From Phoronis australis (lineage: Eukaryota > Animalia > Phoronida), in NCBI GenBank assembly GCA_002633005.1, contig NMRA01000183.1, positions 307,464-371,463 on the forward strand: 64,000 nucleotides of DNA, read 5' to 3'. The position numbers and the translations under genes were made by a program. Shown piece after piece: positions 24,401 to 39,400 of this stretch. The notes below the pieces were generated by a model. The model was not told the origin of the DNA, did not search any database, and saw only the letters and a list, made by a program, of their open reading frames with translations. The first letter of the stretch is position 1; each line of letters begins with the position of its first letter.

Positions 24401-27400
24401 GGTGCGGAAATTAAGGTCGGGAACTACAGTTTATTCCGGAAGTATGAGATTTGACAACGGGTATGAGATTCTTTTGCTGCGCATATAAGAGGGTGCGCAC
24501 ATGGACGTTAGATTGGCATTGCCGTGGACTGGAGTTTGGGGAACGAATCTGAATTTCTATGGAGCCGGTTCCACTAACTGTGCAAAGCGAGCGTACACAA
24601 GGAAACATTCTTTAATAGCGTGTTGAAGACGTGAAAAATACCCCTGCATTAACTTTATAGAAGTATGCACAACGTAGTTCTTAAACTACACAATTGCCAT
24701 CTAGCAACAAGGCGACTACTTCATCGTGTCCGAATAAGCGGTCGATACCTTGAGGTAGAATTGTCTCTCACTTACGTTCACAGTTTCCTTTGTATTTCAC
24801 ATAATCCTCCAAGCATCGGCATTCTTTCCTTGTGGTGTTGCAAACTCCGTTTACTGGACAATTTCTTCCTCCAAACTCACACGGAACAATCCATATATCT
24901 GCGAAGTACATCATGTTTTGTGAAAAGTGATGGATGACCTATTGCGGACGTTCTCATCCGTTTAGAAGACTTGCTAATTTGTAAGAAAACGTTTTGGGCA
25001 CTAGTTTAAACCGAGCTCTTCGACATTCAAGAACACCACGCTGAACTTGACACAGGTCTTGCACACATAAGGTCAACATTACGAACAACACATGTACTGT
25101 AGCAGTAGAAAGCGGGTAACACTGTCGCCCACATCCGATTTTTGGGCAAAAGGTTTGGACGTTGTATACTTAAATGGTTTTCTTTTAAAATTAAAACTTA
25201 GAGATGGACAGTTCTTATGACAAATATTAGATGTTGTGAGAAACGTTTTTAATGAGGTGACCCAGAAAAAATGGTTCACCTTTAACAGAAATCAGAATGT
25301 TTAAAAGTCGCTTCATAGGGCAAACGACAGTTTATTATTGTTGAGTGAGATGGAATCCGTAATCTAATCAACTTTAACCACAGATACAAAACAAAAAACA
25401 CCATATCTAGGCATTGTTACATGTATTAAGATACGTGAATCACTGGCTTATATTGTTCTGCAGTAGAAAATGGCCCGCAAGGAAGTCGACGGTGGTGTCA
25501 TTTCAAATTTGACAATGTTACCCGCTCAAAGTCTTGAGGGGAAAATTACAATGCACGTGCCAAGATTTTCCGTAGATATGCCCATTGGCGTGTAGTAAGA
25601 AAATGAAAAATTCCAGGCGTTTTAGTAACACCGAATAAACTCCTGGACGTTTATTCTAAAAAAGGGGGCGTGTAAACGAAAATTTATAGTATTCATTAAT
25701 GGGTTTCCTGCTTTTGACATGTTTTACTTAAGACTTTTTCAAAATTATATGTTAAGAAATGCATAGTCCAAGAAGCATAGTCCGCGAACACTGTGTTCGT
25801 TTTAAGATATAATAAATGCTCTACAAACTGAATTTGTTACTAAAAGTTGACTGACTCCGTCTGAGTGGGTTTTTATGAAGAAATTTGCAGGAGTAACGCC
25901 TCACTATCTCGACACTTGACACCAGAAGTTGTATCACCAAATAAACGCCCATGGGCGTTTCATCGGGTGGGCTTATCATCGGAAATTCCCGGTTAGAACA
26001 CGAAATTAGTGAGCCGGAACAAGACTATTCCTATACAACGACAAATTTAGACATAATTTTAATGATATTTCACATCTGCGTTCCTATGGAGACACTCGGA
26101 CAATTGCTATGTTTTCTTTGCTTGTGCGGTATGCGGGGAGCAGAGGGTAAAGTTTTTCCAGGCACTCGAACAATACCCCAATGTTTAAAAAATATTCAGA
26201 TCTTCCTCAAATATATTACACTTTTTCTAAATGGATGTACATAACTCGATGAAAATAATGTTTTATTCGAAATAGTATCAAAATTTCTTTTTAATATCAA
26301 AGTTCTTTGTGTGAGTCGATAAGACTGTATACATGTAAAATAAGTTATTGTGTATGACAAGGGTTTATTTATATTTGTAATTGTTTGTAATTGTAATGTT
26401 AACAATAGTTTTTTAATTTATATATTTGTGTTTAATTGTATATAGATTTCTTTGCGTTTATTCAACCCAGATACAACGCTTCTTGGCACTTTCTGGGCAT
26501 GTATATTAATTAAACTGAATATTTCATAATAAACATCTAAAAAATCTGAAAATAGAAACCCAAAAATTGCTTACCCCACACCATTGGACGTAGGGCCTTT
26601 CTTTCACAGAAGCACCGCGTTTGCACACGGTCTTCACGCGTGCGCTGTCTTCGGAGTTTAAATGTGCCGATACCTAGTTCAGACAGATTTATTGTGCATC
26701 TGTACATTTTGTTTTCACATTTAATTGAATGTAACCAAGATATTTACACCTGTGTCCATGCTAAGCATTGACTGCCTTGGCTTACCTTTACATGTGTCAT
26801 TGTAAATCACGTAACCCGATATACAGTCGCATGTCCTGGCTTTAGAATTGCACACTTTAAGTGAAGGGCATTTCAATCCACCCGACTCGCACGCAACCAT
26901 TGACTCGGCTGAAACACGAGCAGACACTTGTGAATTAAGATATTGGAAAAGCCGGGCGCTTCAAATAATGTTCGTAAAACAAGTAATGCTATCACAACGC
27001 ATCCTACTACCTCCCCGCGTTTATCGAAATCTCAGTAAGGGAGCTCAAGACGAGGCTGAAATCAGACCCAGACAAAGGCGAAGACATTCCTATTCGCGCG
27101 TGATGTTGATGAACTGCGAGTCGAACTTTGGTAAGAGGGCTAGAAGTGTTGTGTGTTGTTTGAGGAACTCAAAAAGGGCAAGTGCCGGGTTGAATTAATC
27201 AAGGTTGTCGTTTGGTCCTTGGGTCAGGACGCGCGAATCGTCTAGATTGTTTAAATATATAGAACGCGATGCTGTCGAGCAGGACGGTTGGTGAGAAGTG
27301 AGTTACTAAATCGTAAATATTTTTGATCTGAGCAGATTTGACGCTATTTTTGGAATGACTGTATGTCAAAGTTTAGGGAACTCATTACTTAACCTATTTC

Positions 27401-30400
27401 CATCATGACAACTTCTGAGATAAAAACAGTGTTCGCACTACGAATCAGTAGAAACATTGACCCAAAATGTTAATTATTTGTTTGAAAACGTGAATTTCCA
27501 ACAATTCTCATACAAAGGTATTTGATAACAACAACTTAGGAAATATCTATAACACGCCGGCCGAATATTTGTTCTAGTGAGAGTCTGGGTCTCAACGCAT
27601 TGCATTGTTTTGATGTCGGGCCATCTTCACGCAAGAAGCGTGTGAACGCATTTTTGTTTGGTATAGATGTACATAACAAAATGGTTAATTTCGGTGCATA
27701 AAGAGTGTATTAATTCCGCAGTCAAGAACAATAGCAATAACACCGTATGCAATTCTGGTTTGGTTTTGAGGCTTCTGCATACTACAGATCATAATCAACA
27801 TCGGGTTGAAATATCGGGATGGTATCAGCCAGTCGTTGACCTATATGTGACCAAGGCCTTCAATGTGTTTTTTCCGACTGATTGTTTCATTTCCCTGGTG
27901 ACAGAAACGCGTTGTGGCAACAAAGCAAGATTCATAACTAATTTGGATAGAATCACCGAAAGAGGTCTCTAAACCGTGGATGCAAATTACTTGTATGAAA
28001 TTGGTTTTATTTGAGTCAGTTACCATCGCGGCTGGACTGTCAGACCTCGAAGGTCGGAGTGAGTTCGGCAACAAACTGGACTATCTCTGGAAAACAAGTC
28101 CAGGTTCTGAAACTTGATTTCTCCGGGGCATGATTTCAAGGGGAATGGAGTATTTCCGGTGGGTTTTCGGAGTTTCGGGGCGCCAGTGTTGAGTTGGTGC
28201 CGCTGGCTTTACTTAGTATTTACCGACCAAAGGATTTGTTTCAAAGCTGTAGTTCAGAGAATCGGCCATGGAAAGTATTCCCTGGAAAAGGCGAAAAAAC
28301 AATATAGAGACTGTTTTCTCGCAGTATGACAAAACAGCTACCCTACAAGTTACAACCTCACTTACGTTCACACTTCCCGTTGTATTTCAGATAACCCACT
28401 TTACACTTGCATTCCTTCCTTGTCGTGTTGCAAACTTCATTTACTGGACACTTCCTTCCTCCAGAGCTGCATGGTACAACCCATATGTCTAAAAAAATCC
28501 ATTCATGTATTAATCACGACTCAGGCTGATACTGTACATATTTCGACATAGACATGCATTGCACCCAGAAGCGCACCATGGGAACGTCCCGGTTGCATTC
28601 AAGCATATCCCTCGTAAGTGTTTTCTCATCCACCATCATGAAAGTACAATCGGACATAATTTTGCTAAAAAAATACTTTATTGTAAGAGGACTGTCCCTT
28701 ATTACACAACGAGAATCTAATGTCACGTTATTTACCACAGTATCGCAGTTTTCGCCAAGCACTTTTGTAGCCTCGTTTTTGCGCCTTTGGATTTCCTCTT
28801 GAGATTTGTTGTTGTATTCCTCACAGTTTTTTTCCAGCTGCATTACCCTATCCGCCCTTACAACGTCAACGAAATAATACAGTAGTGTTGTGGACTGCAG
28901 CTCCGACCGGGAGACACTTGAATAAAGTTGACAAACATCCGTTGATGCGTGATGTTAGTTCGGTTTCCGACATGACTTCTAAACGTGTGCCTCACACCCC
29001 AAAACAAGGCCAATGAGAACAACGCGCTTTCTTACCTCCATGACAAACGAGAGTTCTATTGCGGTGTACTCCGGGACGGCCCTAGTTTAGTGTTCTGCAT
29101 CCGATGCTTTTTCTATGTCATTATTTCATACTTGCCAAAATACAACCTAAAATACAACTTGCAAGGTGTGGATTTAGAGGGGCATAAGGCTCGGCTTTGC
29201 TACAAATCTGTACAAATGCATTTGCTTGCTGTCTGGGAACGTTTGGTCCAGTTGTCCTCGACCATTAATACTAACGTAAAACAGAACCGACATGCCGATT
29301 TCGGGCTTCCGGCAACGTTTCACATTCGACGGTTGCAGTCTGCATTGAAACAGACTAGATTACCTTGGTATTTACTGAGTAACTCGATCTTAAAGGTTGA
29401 TTTACATGTACATGCTGTTAATTATGCTAAAGGTAACGCACAGCCGTAAAAATGGTACTCATCTATCGATTCATTCTGCAGCCGTATTTATAAATAACTT
29501 GCAACTTACTGCGAACTGAAAACAAAAAATTGCATATATATGACCTCTACTCTGATGACTTACCTCACGGGTCTAAATAACCCCACTGTAAATCCACAAC
29601 ACCACGTCACAGCACTTACTGGACATGGTTCGGTGATTTGTAGGGGACCATTCGCAACAAATTTCGTTGTTAAAAACACATTGACGCATTTGCGCTGTAT
29701 GCTGACAAGCTCTCAGATATGACATGTGGTCTGCGACACGATAGTATTACAACGGACCCGACAAACTACACCATAACGTTCTGCCTCGCTTTAAGTTGTG
29801 AACCGAGTGAAGGACGTCCTGAGAGTACAGTAACTCTGCACGGTTATTACCTGTGTTGTTACGTTTGAAATAAAGAGTGACTAGTTTAAGACAGGCTGTT
29901 ACTTGCCTTTAGCTTGGCTTACCTTCACATTTGCCTTTATGTATTATATATCCGGGTTTACAGTCACATGTCCTTGTTTTTGTGTTACATACTTTTGATG
30001 AAGAGCATTTCAATCCACCCGTCTCACATGGAACCGTCGATTCATCTGAAAGACGTTAAAATCCGTAGGTCTGCGCTAATTTCGTGTTTCCTGCGTAATT
30101 CACAGTCACTCGAATCTCCCAAACAGCACAGTGCCTCATAACCAAACATAATGTTGTTGCAAGTGGTGGAAACTAGGAACACTTAGGCCTAGTCTCAAGG
30201 GAATGAGACCGCAGAAATTATAAGTGTTGTCTTTCAAATAATATGGAAAGACGCACACTTACATGTACATATATAAACTGATGAATTACCGCACTTTGTA
30301 ACGACACCATTTCCAAAGTATGAACTCGTCTTTTGTTGTTAGTTGACCACACCGTAGTGGTGATCATATTCAAATCCAATATTGCAACAGTAGGATTCAG

Positions 30401-33400
30401 ATGATTTGTCTAGTACCAGGCTTATTGAAAGGTGCACTGGAAATCTACGCTTATTGTCAACGTTTCACTCTTTAAAAAGTAAATCATTCCCCTTAACCGA
30501 ATACACTAACAGGATCACGTACGTGTACACGTCCCATTGTATCTGATATATCCAGCTTTACACTTGCATTGCTTCTGAGTCGTATTGCACACTGAAGACA
30601 CCGGACATTTCATCCCTCCCAGCTCACATGGTAACGTCCAAACCTCTGCAATAATTTAAACAAAATATGGCAGCTATATTAGATTACAACAGCTTTGGCA
30701 ATTAAAGTGTACGATTGCCTTGAAATACATTTTAGCGCAGAACTATGCATTATCAGTAGCGACAGTTCACAGCATCATTCTTGGTCGCTATTCACTTACC
30801 TGTGCATTCGTCGTGAAACACGACATATCCCGCCTTGCAAACACACATTTTTGAGTTGATATTGCAACCAGCATTCTCTGGACAACTTTGGCCTCCAGAT
30901 TCGCAGGGTACCGTCGTCACATCTAAAAGTTAGAACTACATGTATTCGAAATAACTCTCAATTAACAACATGCACTAGAGAAACTGTTATCAAAGACTTC
31001 TTCGTCAGCACATGCAACCATGGGCTACATACGATATTTGGAAGACGATTAATTAGTTCTTAACCAATACAGGAGTATGCAATAGTTATTCAGTCAGACA
31101 GTGTAGTTGGTCACAGTATCATGATCTCGGTTTGTGTTCTTTTATAGGTTGTTTTACTTTAAACAGTTTATTGTTGTTGGGGTGCGTTCACATATCAAAT
31201 CATCCAAAATTTCCCTCCTTTTATTCCCTCCTTCTTTGTCATCTTCCTTCCTCTTGATATGAACCCCCATTCCTGTCCAGCCTCTAACTACGTCATCACA
31301 ATCAACCCCAGCAGCTCATTGGAGATTCCGTACGTGTTCTAGTTTATGATTCTAATGACACGTCAGCAACTGTGAACGACATCCCCAAGACCTCGACATT
31401 GCATTTGCAGCTATAGTATTGTGTGATGACAGTGTGTGTCAACGCTCCCCTCTCACTATTCTGTATTTTTAGAAATGCCTAGTGCTGTTGGCTTGTTAAA
31501 GCTGTAACATGGTATTTGGTTACGTTGTAGTGCATTGTATTGTTCATGGTGGATTCAACTATCGGTTGCAAAGGTAGAAAAACATCTGTTTGTATAACTA
31601 TTTTACACCTTGTAAAAAGTGTTGCTCACACAGCTTTTTTATGTCGACGTGTGCTCTGAAAATCATTGTGCAACACAAGAAATCCACTGCCACCAGAATG
31701 AGTACCGAACCAGTGAACTACTATCAATGTTTTAATATTTAAAAATAATGGAAGGCACTGTAGCAATTGTGTACGACTTTGACTACTTGCGTAACCTCAA
31801 GTTTTCCCACGGAGGTGTTTCATATGTGTGACCTTCATTTGGTAGAGCAATTCATATAAAGTGAATGCGTCGGGATAACCACGTGATAACAGGCTTGATG
31901 ATGCACAGTCTCATTAGATTCTGAATATGGCGGCAACTGAGATTACGACTGCAGCTGCAAACAGACAGTGAACTGGCGTCATGTTTGCACACACTCCTTG
32001 TCCACGTTTCGTAGGACGACACGAGAATCCTTGGGAAACCCCCACAGCATTGTCGTTACCCTAATAAAGCTAGGCGTAGTTTTTATCATTTGATTATTTA
32101 TTTCACTATTAAATAACGATTACATAATAGTATGGAATTGTAGTGTTGTTACATTCGAATAGTATAAATGTAAGGAGTCACTTCCGGTACGTGGATCGTC
32201 TGACATACACAATACACGTTAGTTCCTGAGCTAATACTTGTTTTATTAGATTAACTAACGATGCAACACTGGCGACGAGGATCGACAAGACCCCAATAAC
32301 AACCGAGAAGTCACAGGGATACGTGTTATTCCTACATAGCCTGTCACGAACTGACATTAGCAGTATATTTGAGCTGTCCTCGCCCGTACACGCTGAGTCC
32401 GTGCTGTTGATATGACATCCCTACCTGCCTTTCCCCCGTTTCTGGTACATGCCAATGAACAATCCGCGGGTAGTAGGTGGATGAAATGGCTAAACAAGTT
32501 TGAAAACATGCTTTTAGCCCTAGACATTACTGACACTAAACGTAAGAAAGCCCTATTACTACATTACATAGGCGAAGAGGGGTTCGATATCTATGATAGC
32601 ATGAAGGATGAAGAAGATGCCTATGATATTGTGAAACAAAGCTTCACTACTTACTTCACGCCTAAGCAAAACACTGCATATGAAACATACAAATTCAGGC
32701 AAGCGGTGCAAGAACCATCAGAGACAATCGACTCGTTTCACACTCGCTTGAGAACACTTGCAGCCACATGTGACTTTCATGACACAGATCGTGAGATCTT
32801 AACACAGATTCTTCATGGGTGTACCTCCACTCGACTCCGCCGTCGTGGCCTACGAGACAACATGGGTGCCAGTGACATTGAAAAGGGTGTCAACTTGCTA
32901 ACATTGCACAAGCACAAATCACAGCCGCCCCATAAGTTCAAGCAACAGGACCAGCACAGACCCAAGAAATAATTCAACTCGCGAGTCCCGAAGCGAACAT
33001 CATCAGGGCAGACCCACACCAGTAAGAACCACAAGCCCAACAACAACTGGCGAAAACGAAACCGTGTGTGTCGCAACTGTGGTGGAGATTTTCCCCATCC
33101 TGCGAACACCATATGTCCTGCAAAAGGGAGATACTGTCTGAACTGTGGAAAAGTTGGACATTTCGCACAAGGGTCACTATTTCACTCCTTAATACATCAG
33201 TAGAATTCATTGTAGATACGGGAGCTTCAGTGAATATTATTCCCGAGTCCATGCTACAGCATTTTCCTGAGAGACCTACACTACAACCCCGGTCGACGAA
33301 GATTTACGCATACGCACAAGATGCATGCCTCGACGTAGTGGGCTCCTTCAAAACGGAAGTGGCGTATAATGGCTCTAAATGCATGGCGACCTTCTACCTG

Positions 33401-36400
33401 ATTCAACGTGACCGTCCCACTTGCAGCCTACTTTGTGGACAAACCGCCCAAGCACTTGGTCTCATCCAGTATGCCTTCCAGTCATCCATCCCGGAGAGTG
33501 AAGAGTATTCTCATCTGTTTTCTCCAGGCATTGGCAAACTCAAAGATGTCAAGATCAAGCTCCACATCGATAACACCATACAACCGATAACTCAGAGGCA
33601 TCGACGCATTCCATTTCACGTGCGAAAAGATGTCGAACAAGAAATTGCACGACTGACCGATCTCGACGTGATTGAGGAAGTCAACGTCCCCACCCCATGG
33701 ATTAGCCCAGTTGTAGTAATACCCAAGAAAGAAGGCGTACGACTGTGTGTCGACATGAGAGAAGCCAATAAAGCGATTAAGCGAACCAAGCACATCATGC
33801 CGACTATTGATGACCTTGTCCATGACCTGAATGAGGCTACAGTCTTCAGCAAGTTAGACATGTCAAGTGCCTACCATCAACTAGAGTTGGACGAAGAAAG
33901 TCGTTTCATCACCACATTTACAACACGTGTTGGTCTACGACGATACAAGAGACTACTGTTTGGATTCAACGCTGCAGCTGAACTATTTCAGAATACTATT
34001 GCACAGTTACTTCAGGACATCCCAGGTGCCAAGAACCTCTCAAACGACATAATTGTATTCGGCAAAACCCAGATGGAACACGATGCAAGCCTACAAGCAA
34101 CACTGAAGAGGCTGAACGACAGTGGTGCTAAGCTCAACAAAGAGAAGTGCCTATTCTCTGTGAATCAACTTACCTTCTATGGCCATACGTTTGGTGTACA
34201 AGGCATATCTCCACAACCGTCCAAGACTCAGGCCATCATCGACATGAATGCTCCTTCCTCATCTGCAGAAGTTCGATCTCTACTCGGAATGGCGCAGTAC
34301 CTTTCCAGATTTATTCGTCATTATGCCACCATTGTTGAACCGTTACGACGTCTCACCAAGAAGGACGTCACATGGTCATGGGGCAAAGATGAAGAGACAG
34401 CTTTCAATAACCTGAAGGATGCGCTGACAAGTACCTCAGTACTTGCATATTTCGACCATCAGAAGAAAACCGAAATACTAGTCGACGCAAGCCCAGTTGG
34501 CCTAGGTGCTGTCTTGATGCAAGAAGATAAAGTCATCTCGTATGCAAGCCGTGCACTCACTGACACTGAGACACGATACTCACAGACAGACCGAGAAATG
34601 CTCGCACTTGTCTTTGGAGTTGAAAAGTTCCATATCTACATTTATGGCTCAACCTTCACAATCACCACTGATCATAAACCTTTGCTTGGTATAATCAAGA
34701 GCCAGAAGCCGACCACAGCGAGAATGGAGCGATGGAGACTACGACTTATGCCATATGAAATGACCGTGCAGTATCGTCCAGGAAAAGATGAGAACAACCC
34801 AGCAGACTACATGAGTCGTCATCCAGTCACACAGCCGAATCGACAAAACGCGGGAGAAGCTTACATTCAGTATGTAATGAAGACTGCAGTCCCGAAGTCA
34901 ATGACTGTAGAAGAGGTACGTGCAGCGAGCCGTGAAGATCCAGTGATACCGGCGCTGGTAACAGCTATCGAAACTGGAATTTGGAACACAGCAAAACTGA
35001 GCTCGTTCACATCGTTCAGGGACGAACTATCTGTCGCAGATGGAGTTGTTCTTCGAGGACACAGAATCGTCATTCCTGAGAGCCTCCAGAAGCGTGTAAT
35101 CACTATTGCCCACAAGTCGCATCAAGGTGTGGTGAAAACCAAACAGCTCATCCGAGAAAAGGTGTGGTTCAGTGGTATTGACAATACCGTAGAAAAGGCT
35201 GTGAGCGGATGTATTCCATGCCAAGCGTCAAACCCTGGGCAACCTCACAGAGAACCCTTGCCATGGATTTTGCGGGTCCATTTCCTACGGGAGAATATCT
35301 TCTTGTAGTTATAGATGAATACAGCAGATATCCAGAAGTAGAAATCGTCTCATCTACTTCAGCTAAGGCTGTGATTCCGAAACTCGAGATGATCTTTGCT
35401 CGACAAGGCAACCCTCACAAGCTCAAGACCGACAATGGACCGCCATTCTGCAGCCATGAGTTCTCAGCCTTCGCTCAACAGTTCGGAATCGTTCACAAGA
35501 AAGTTACGCCGTTGTGGCCAGAAGCAAATGGCGAAGCAGAGAGATTCATGCGAACTCTGAATAAGTACATACGAGCAGCAACAGCAGCCCAAGAGAATTG
35601 GAAGACGCAACTTCCCACGTTTCTTTCCCAGTATAGAGAGACGCCTCACTCCTCTACCAAGACATCTCCGTTTGAAGCCCTCACTGGTCGAAAGATGAAC
35701 ATTGGTCTACCCACCATACATCAGTTTCCCAACAACGGTTCAGTTCACAATCGCATCGTTGAGAATGACACCTCCAGCAAGGCCAAGATGAAGTCATATG
35801 CTGATAACCGCCGACATACACAGACTTCGAATCTGCGACCAGGAGATCACGTGCTAGTGAAGCAACCCAAGTTGAACAAAACAACACCACCGTTCCAACC
35901 GTCGCCTTTCACTGTCACTGATAAGAAAGGCAGCATGATTACAGCACAACGGGGACCACAGACGATAACCCGTAATTCCTCACACTTCCAACAGATCCAC
36001 GGTGACATCGACACCAACGAAGAAGACAAAGAAGGTGGATCTACCCAGGTCGATACTACAACATCTACTACATCTACCAAGAAACTGTCTACATCTAGTC
36101 CCAGTTCCCCAAGTGATGAGATTCCAGCTACATCGCAAACCTCCAGACCCAATCGTTATCGACGTCCGCCAGACTATTTAAAGGACTATGTACTAACCCG
36201 TTAGTTGCCGTCAATCCGATTGTGTGCGAGAGACTATTACAAACAGTGTTGATCACATAGACTTTAGAGTTAGTAATTAAGTTCTTGTTCTTACTTGTTT
36301 AAGATTACTCTAGCGTTCAAGTAGCATGTAGTTGTTTACTTCTGTTTTCATTTAGTGTATCAGTTTGCACTAGATCTTAGGTGCCACTTAATTATCCTTT

Positions 36401-39400
36401 ATTAGCAAGTTGTCACGTTCTGTTTAGATCTTCAGGAACTTGTATTGAGTAGGAATCTTCACTCTGTAGTATGGGAGGAGTGTAGTGTTGTTACATTCGA
36501 ATAGTATAAATGTAAGGAGTCACTTCCGGTACGTGGATCGTCTGACATACACAATACACGTTAGTTCCTGAGCTAATACTTGTTTTATTAGATTAACTAA
36601 CGATGCAACAGGAATTATTAGGGTTGTTTTTGTGTTCACACTTGTTTATCAGTTGTGGCGTTATCCTCAAAACCTCAATTTAGTAGTATTTTTTTTCTTT
36701 TCTTGATTACATGTATACTGTAAACACAGTTCTTCAGGAAGTCACTAGGTGACGCTCGCTACACAGTTAAATATTCACGATTTTAATGAGACATAGTGTC
36801 TTTAAGCAACAATCGACAGTACATTACAAGGCGGATTAAGGATTGACAATGACTAGCACGTACAACTTTTGGCATCTGCTATGGCGAAACCGTGATGATA
36901 GTCTCTTGAATAAATCTTTTTTGAATATCGCACATGCACAAATACGAAACACCTCCAGGGGATACAATGTGCGTTGAGGCTTCGGAAATGCCCGTGGTGT
37001 TCTCGACGTTGTGAATGAGTGCCAACTGGTACACTTCGGGGTATTTTCGTAGCCTCAGACCTCACCGTGGTGAACATTACCTGCGCACGTGCTTTTAAAC
37101 TGAAGTGATACTGAATATCATTATCCAGCTAGTTTAAAAGTCGCATGATCCGCCGTGTGGCTTAAGCCCGCACAGGCAATAATAACGCTTGAACTCCGAG
37201 GGGAAAGTGAGGCTACGGAAATACAAGGTGTTTCCAATGGGACAAGAGCCCTACAAACGCGTAGCTTACAAATTAAAGGCGGCAGAATCATGGATTCCAC
37301 TGTGGTATTCCAGGACGTGACTATTCACGTAAACCGTGGAATTCATGCATGGTGATATAATTTGTACTGTAAAAACGTGCTTGTATGAATTTCTAGAAGA
37401 GTTGACTTTTACTCACAGTTCAAATGGAAATCACAAGTTCATCGAGCGTTACGATACAACAGTTAACAATGTGGTATGTAACTACCAATGGAGGTGTAAA
37501 CGACAGCTACTGATTTCTCAGTTCTCAAGTTGTACTCGGTGTATCGAAAATTAATATTCAACTTCAAGTTATAAAAAATCAGACGTTTTGTGAGTTAAAC
37601 ATGACACAAACATCTACGTCCTTCAACCAGGCAGTAAGGTTACCTCTTTCCCCATTTCACGTTTGACCCCGACGTCGCAAAACTAAGGTAAAACAATAGG
37701 CTAAACCGGATGTTTAGGTTGATTGTCGCATTACCAGAAAAGGCGCCAAATTTACCTCTAACATTCAGTGGTACAAAATACGTTAGTAGGGAATTGAGAC
37801 ATAATTCTCAAACTCTCAATCTAAAGTGCCTGTACGACAGATTGGAAGTAATTAATGTACATGTACTCACCATAAATAATCAGGCATAGTAACATGGAAC
37901 ATCAAGCCAAGGAGACCAATAGTAAATTAACTTAACCGTCAGACCATAGAATTGGCAATTCGTGACGAGCCATTATCCCACACGAAGGAAATGAAGTTGT
38001 GTAGGATTGCTTTCTGGTGTATGAACTGGATTCTTACTTACTGTCGCATCTGAACTGATGTTTCACATATCCAGCATTGCATATACATTGCTTCTTCAAG
38101 GAGTTGCAAACTGCGTTGGCGACGCACATCGAACCTCCAAACTCGCAAGGCACTGTGCTCGTATCTAAAACATTTCAGGGAATGGGCATAGATGCACGGA
38201 AATAAAAAGGTCAGATAATCACACTAAAATTAAATCATTAGATTTACATAGTTATTAAATTGTTCTACCGAAACCTCAGCCACACGAACGTCATGTACTC
38301 CTGTCATTAGGCCATAAGCTTTGCATCAGCCGAGTACAATACGGCAACGTGATATTGTTTTCGGTATTCCCCAAAAGGTAGGTCAACTCACAGCGTATGG
38401 CAACAACCTAAAGCTTCTGAATCTCAACGTCTTTAAGGATTGTGAAAAGGACAGTTTAGTATCCGTCTTTTTTCTATCGCCATTCGAACAACTTTTGCCG
38501 ATTAGCCATTTAACGGAGCAATCGTAGTGATCCTCGTTTTGGAGCGTGTATACTACATGTATTAGGGGTGGAGAATTCAAAAACTGCATCGGGATGAGAG
38601 AGATTTTATTTCGTCTGTGTTTAAATAATTGTGAATCGGACGCGCTTTTTGCTAAAAATTTTTGTGATAATTAAAGTGAACAACTCACACGTTAGCATAC
38701 CCGAAAGGCAGATTTGCCACAGAATGTTTCAAAGGATTGCTTACGAGTTTTCGCGTTTTTAAGGTCTGTCAGCGGAAACAGGTCTCCTAACAAAATTACT
38801 GTGAGCACACTGCATAATTTTAGAATTCTTTCTCCCATGGTTGACGCCAGTTAAAACGTTTTCGGGTATAATTACCCATTCTACTCGCAAATCACGTGTG
38901 TAGGCCCCTTTTAATGACATCACGGTATAAAGACCCAAACAGCGTGTTCATGTACGTCAGCTTCAGACCGTGATATCCATGCTTACCTTCACACTTGCCC
39001 TTTATCAAAATAAATCCCTGTTTACATTCGCACACCTTGGTTACACCATTACAAACTGCATTCTCTGGACATTTCTGACCTCCTGACTCGCACGGAACGA
39101 CTACCTTACCTAAAATGTAGAAGAGCAAAGTTGTGGCACATTTTCGGAATTTGGTGACCAGGGAGTGTTAATTTCCGTCAATAGATGAAACGGTGAGACA
39201 TTTTTTCTGACGTCATTCTGTGACGAGAAAACAGTGTCGGATTTAGAATGTCACGATAGGGGATCAATCACATTACCCAAAGATACATTTTTGTTCAATC
39301 CTAATGGGGGTCGGGGCACCGGGAACTGGAACCATCGTCAATATAATCGTTTCCTGATCATTGTATTTCACTAATCAATTTCACAAAAAATTAATCACCA

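Larger units (their letters stand above)
32139..36610 (+). mobile_element. Full-length Gypsy (Mag-like) LTR retrotransposon, defective
   Basis: 130-bp LTRs TG...CA; TSD GGAAT at 32134-32138 and 36611-36615; PBS TGGCGACGAGGAT (tRNA-Ser-like) at 32270; PPT atgggaggag 36471-36480; gag-PR-RT-RH-IN order. Confidence 0.95.

Noticed and set aside
28514-29449. 109-aa and 154-aa intronic ORFs
   Set aside because: No recognisable motif; probably TE-derived or random.
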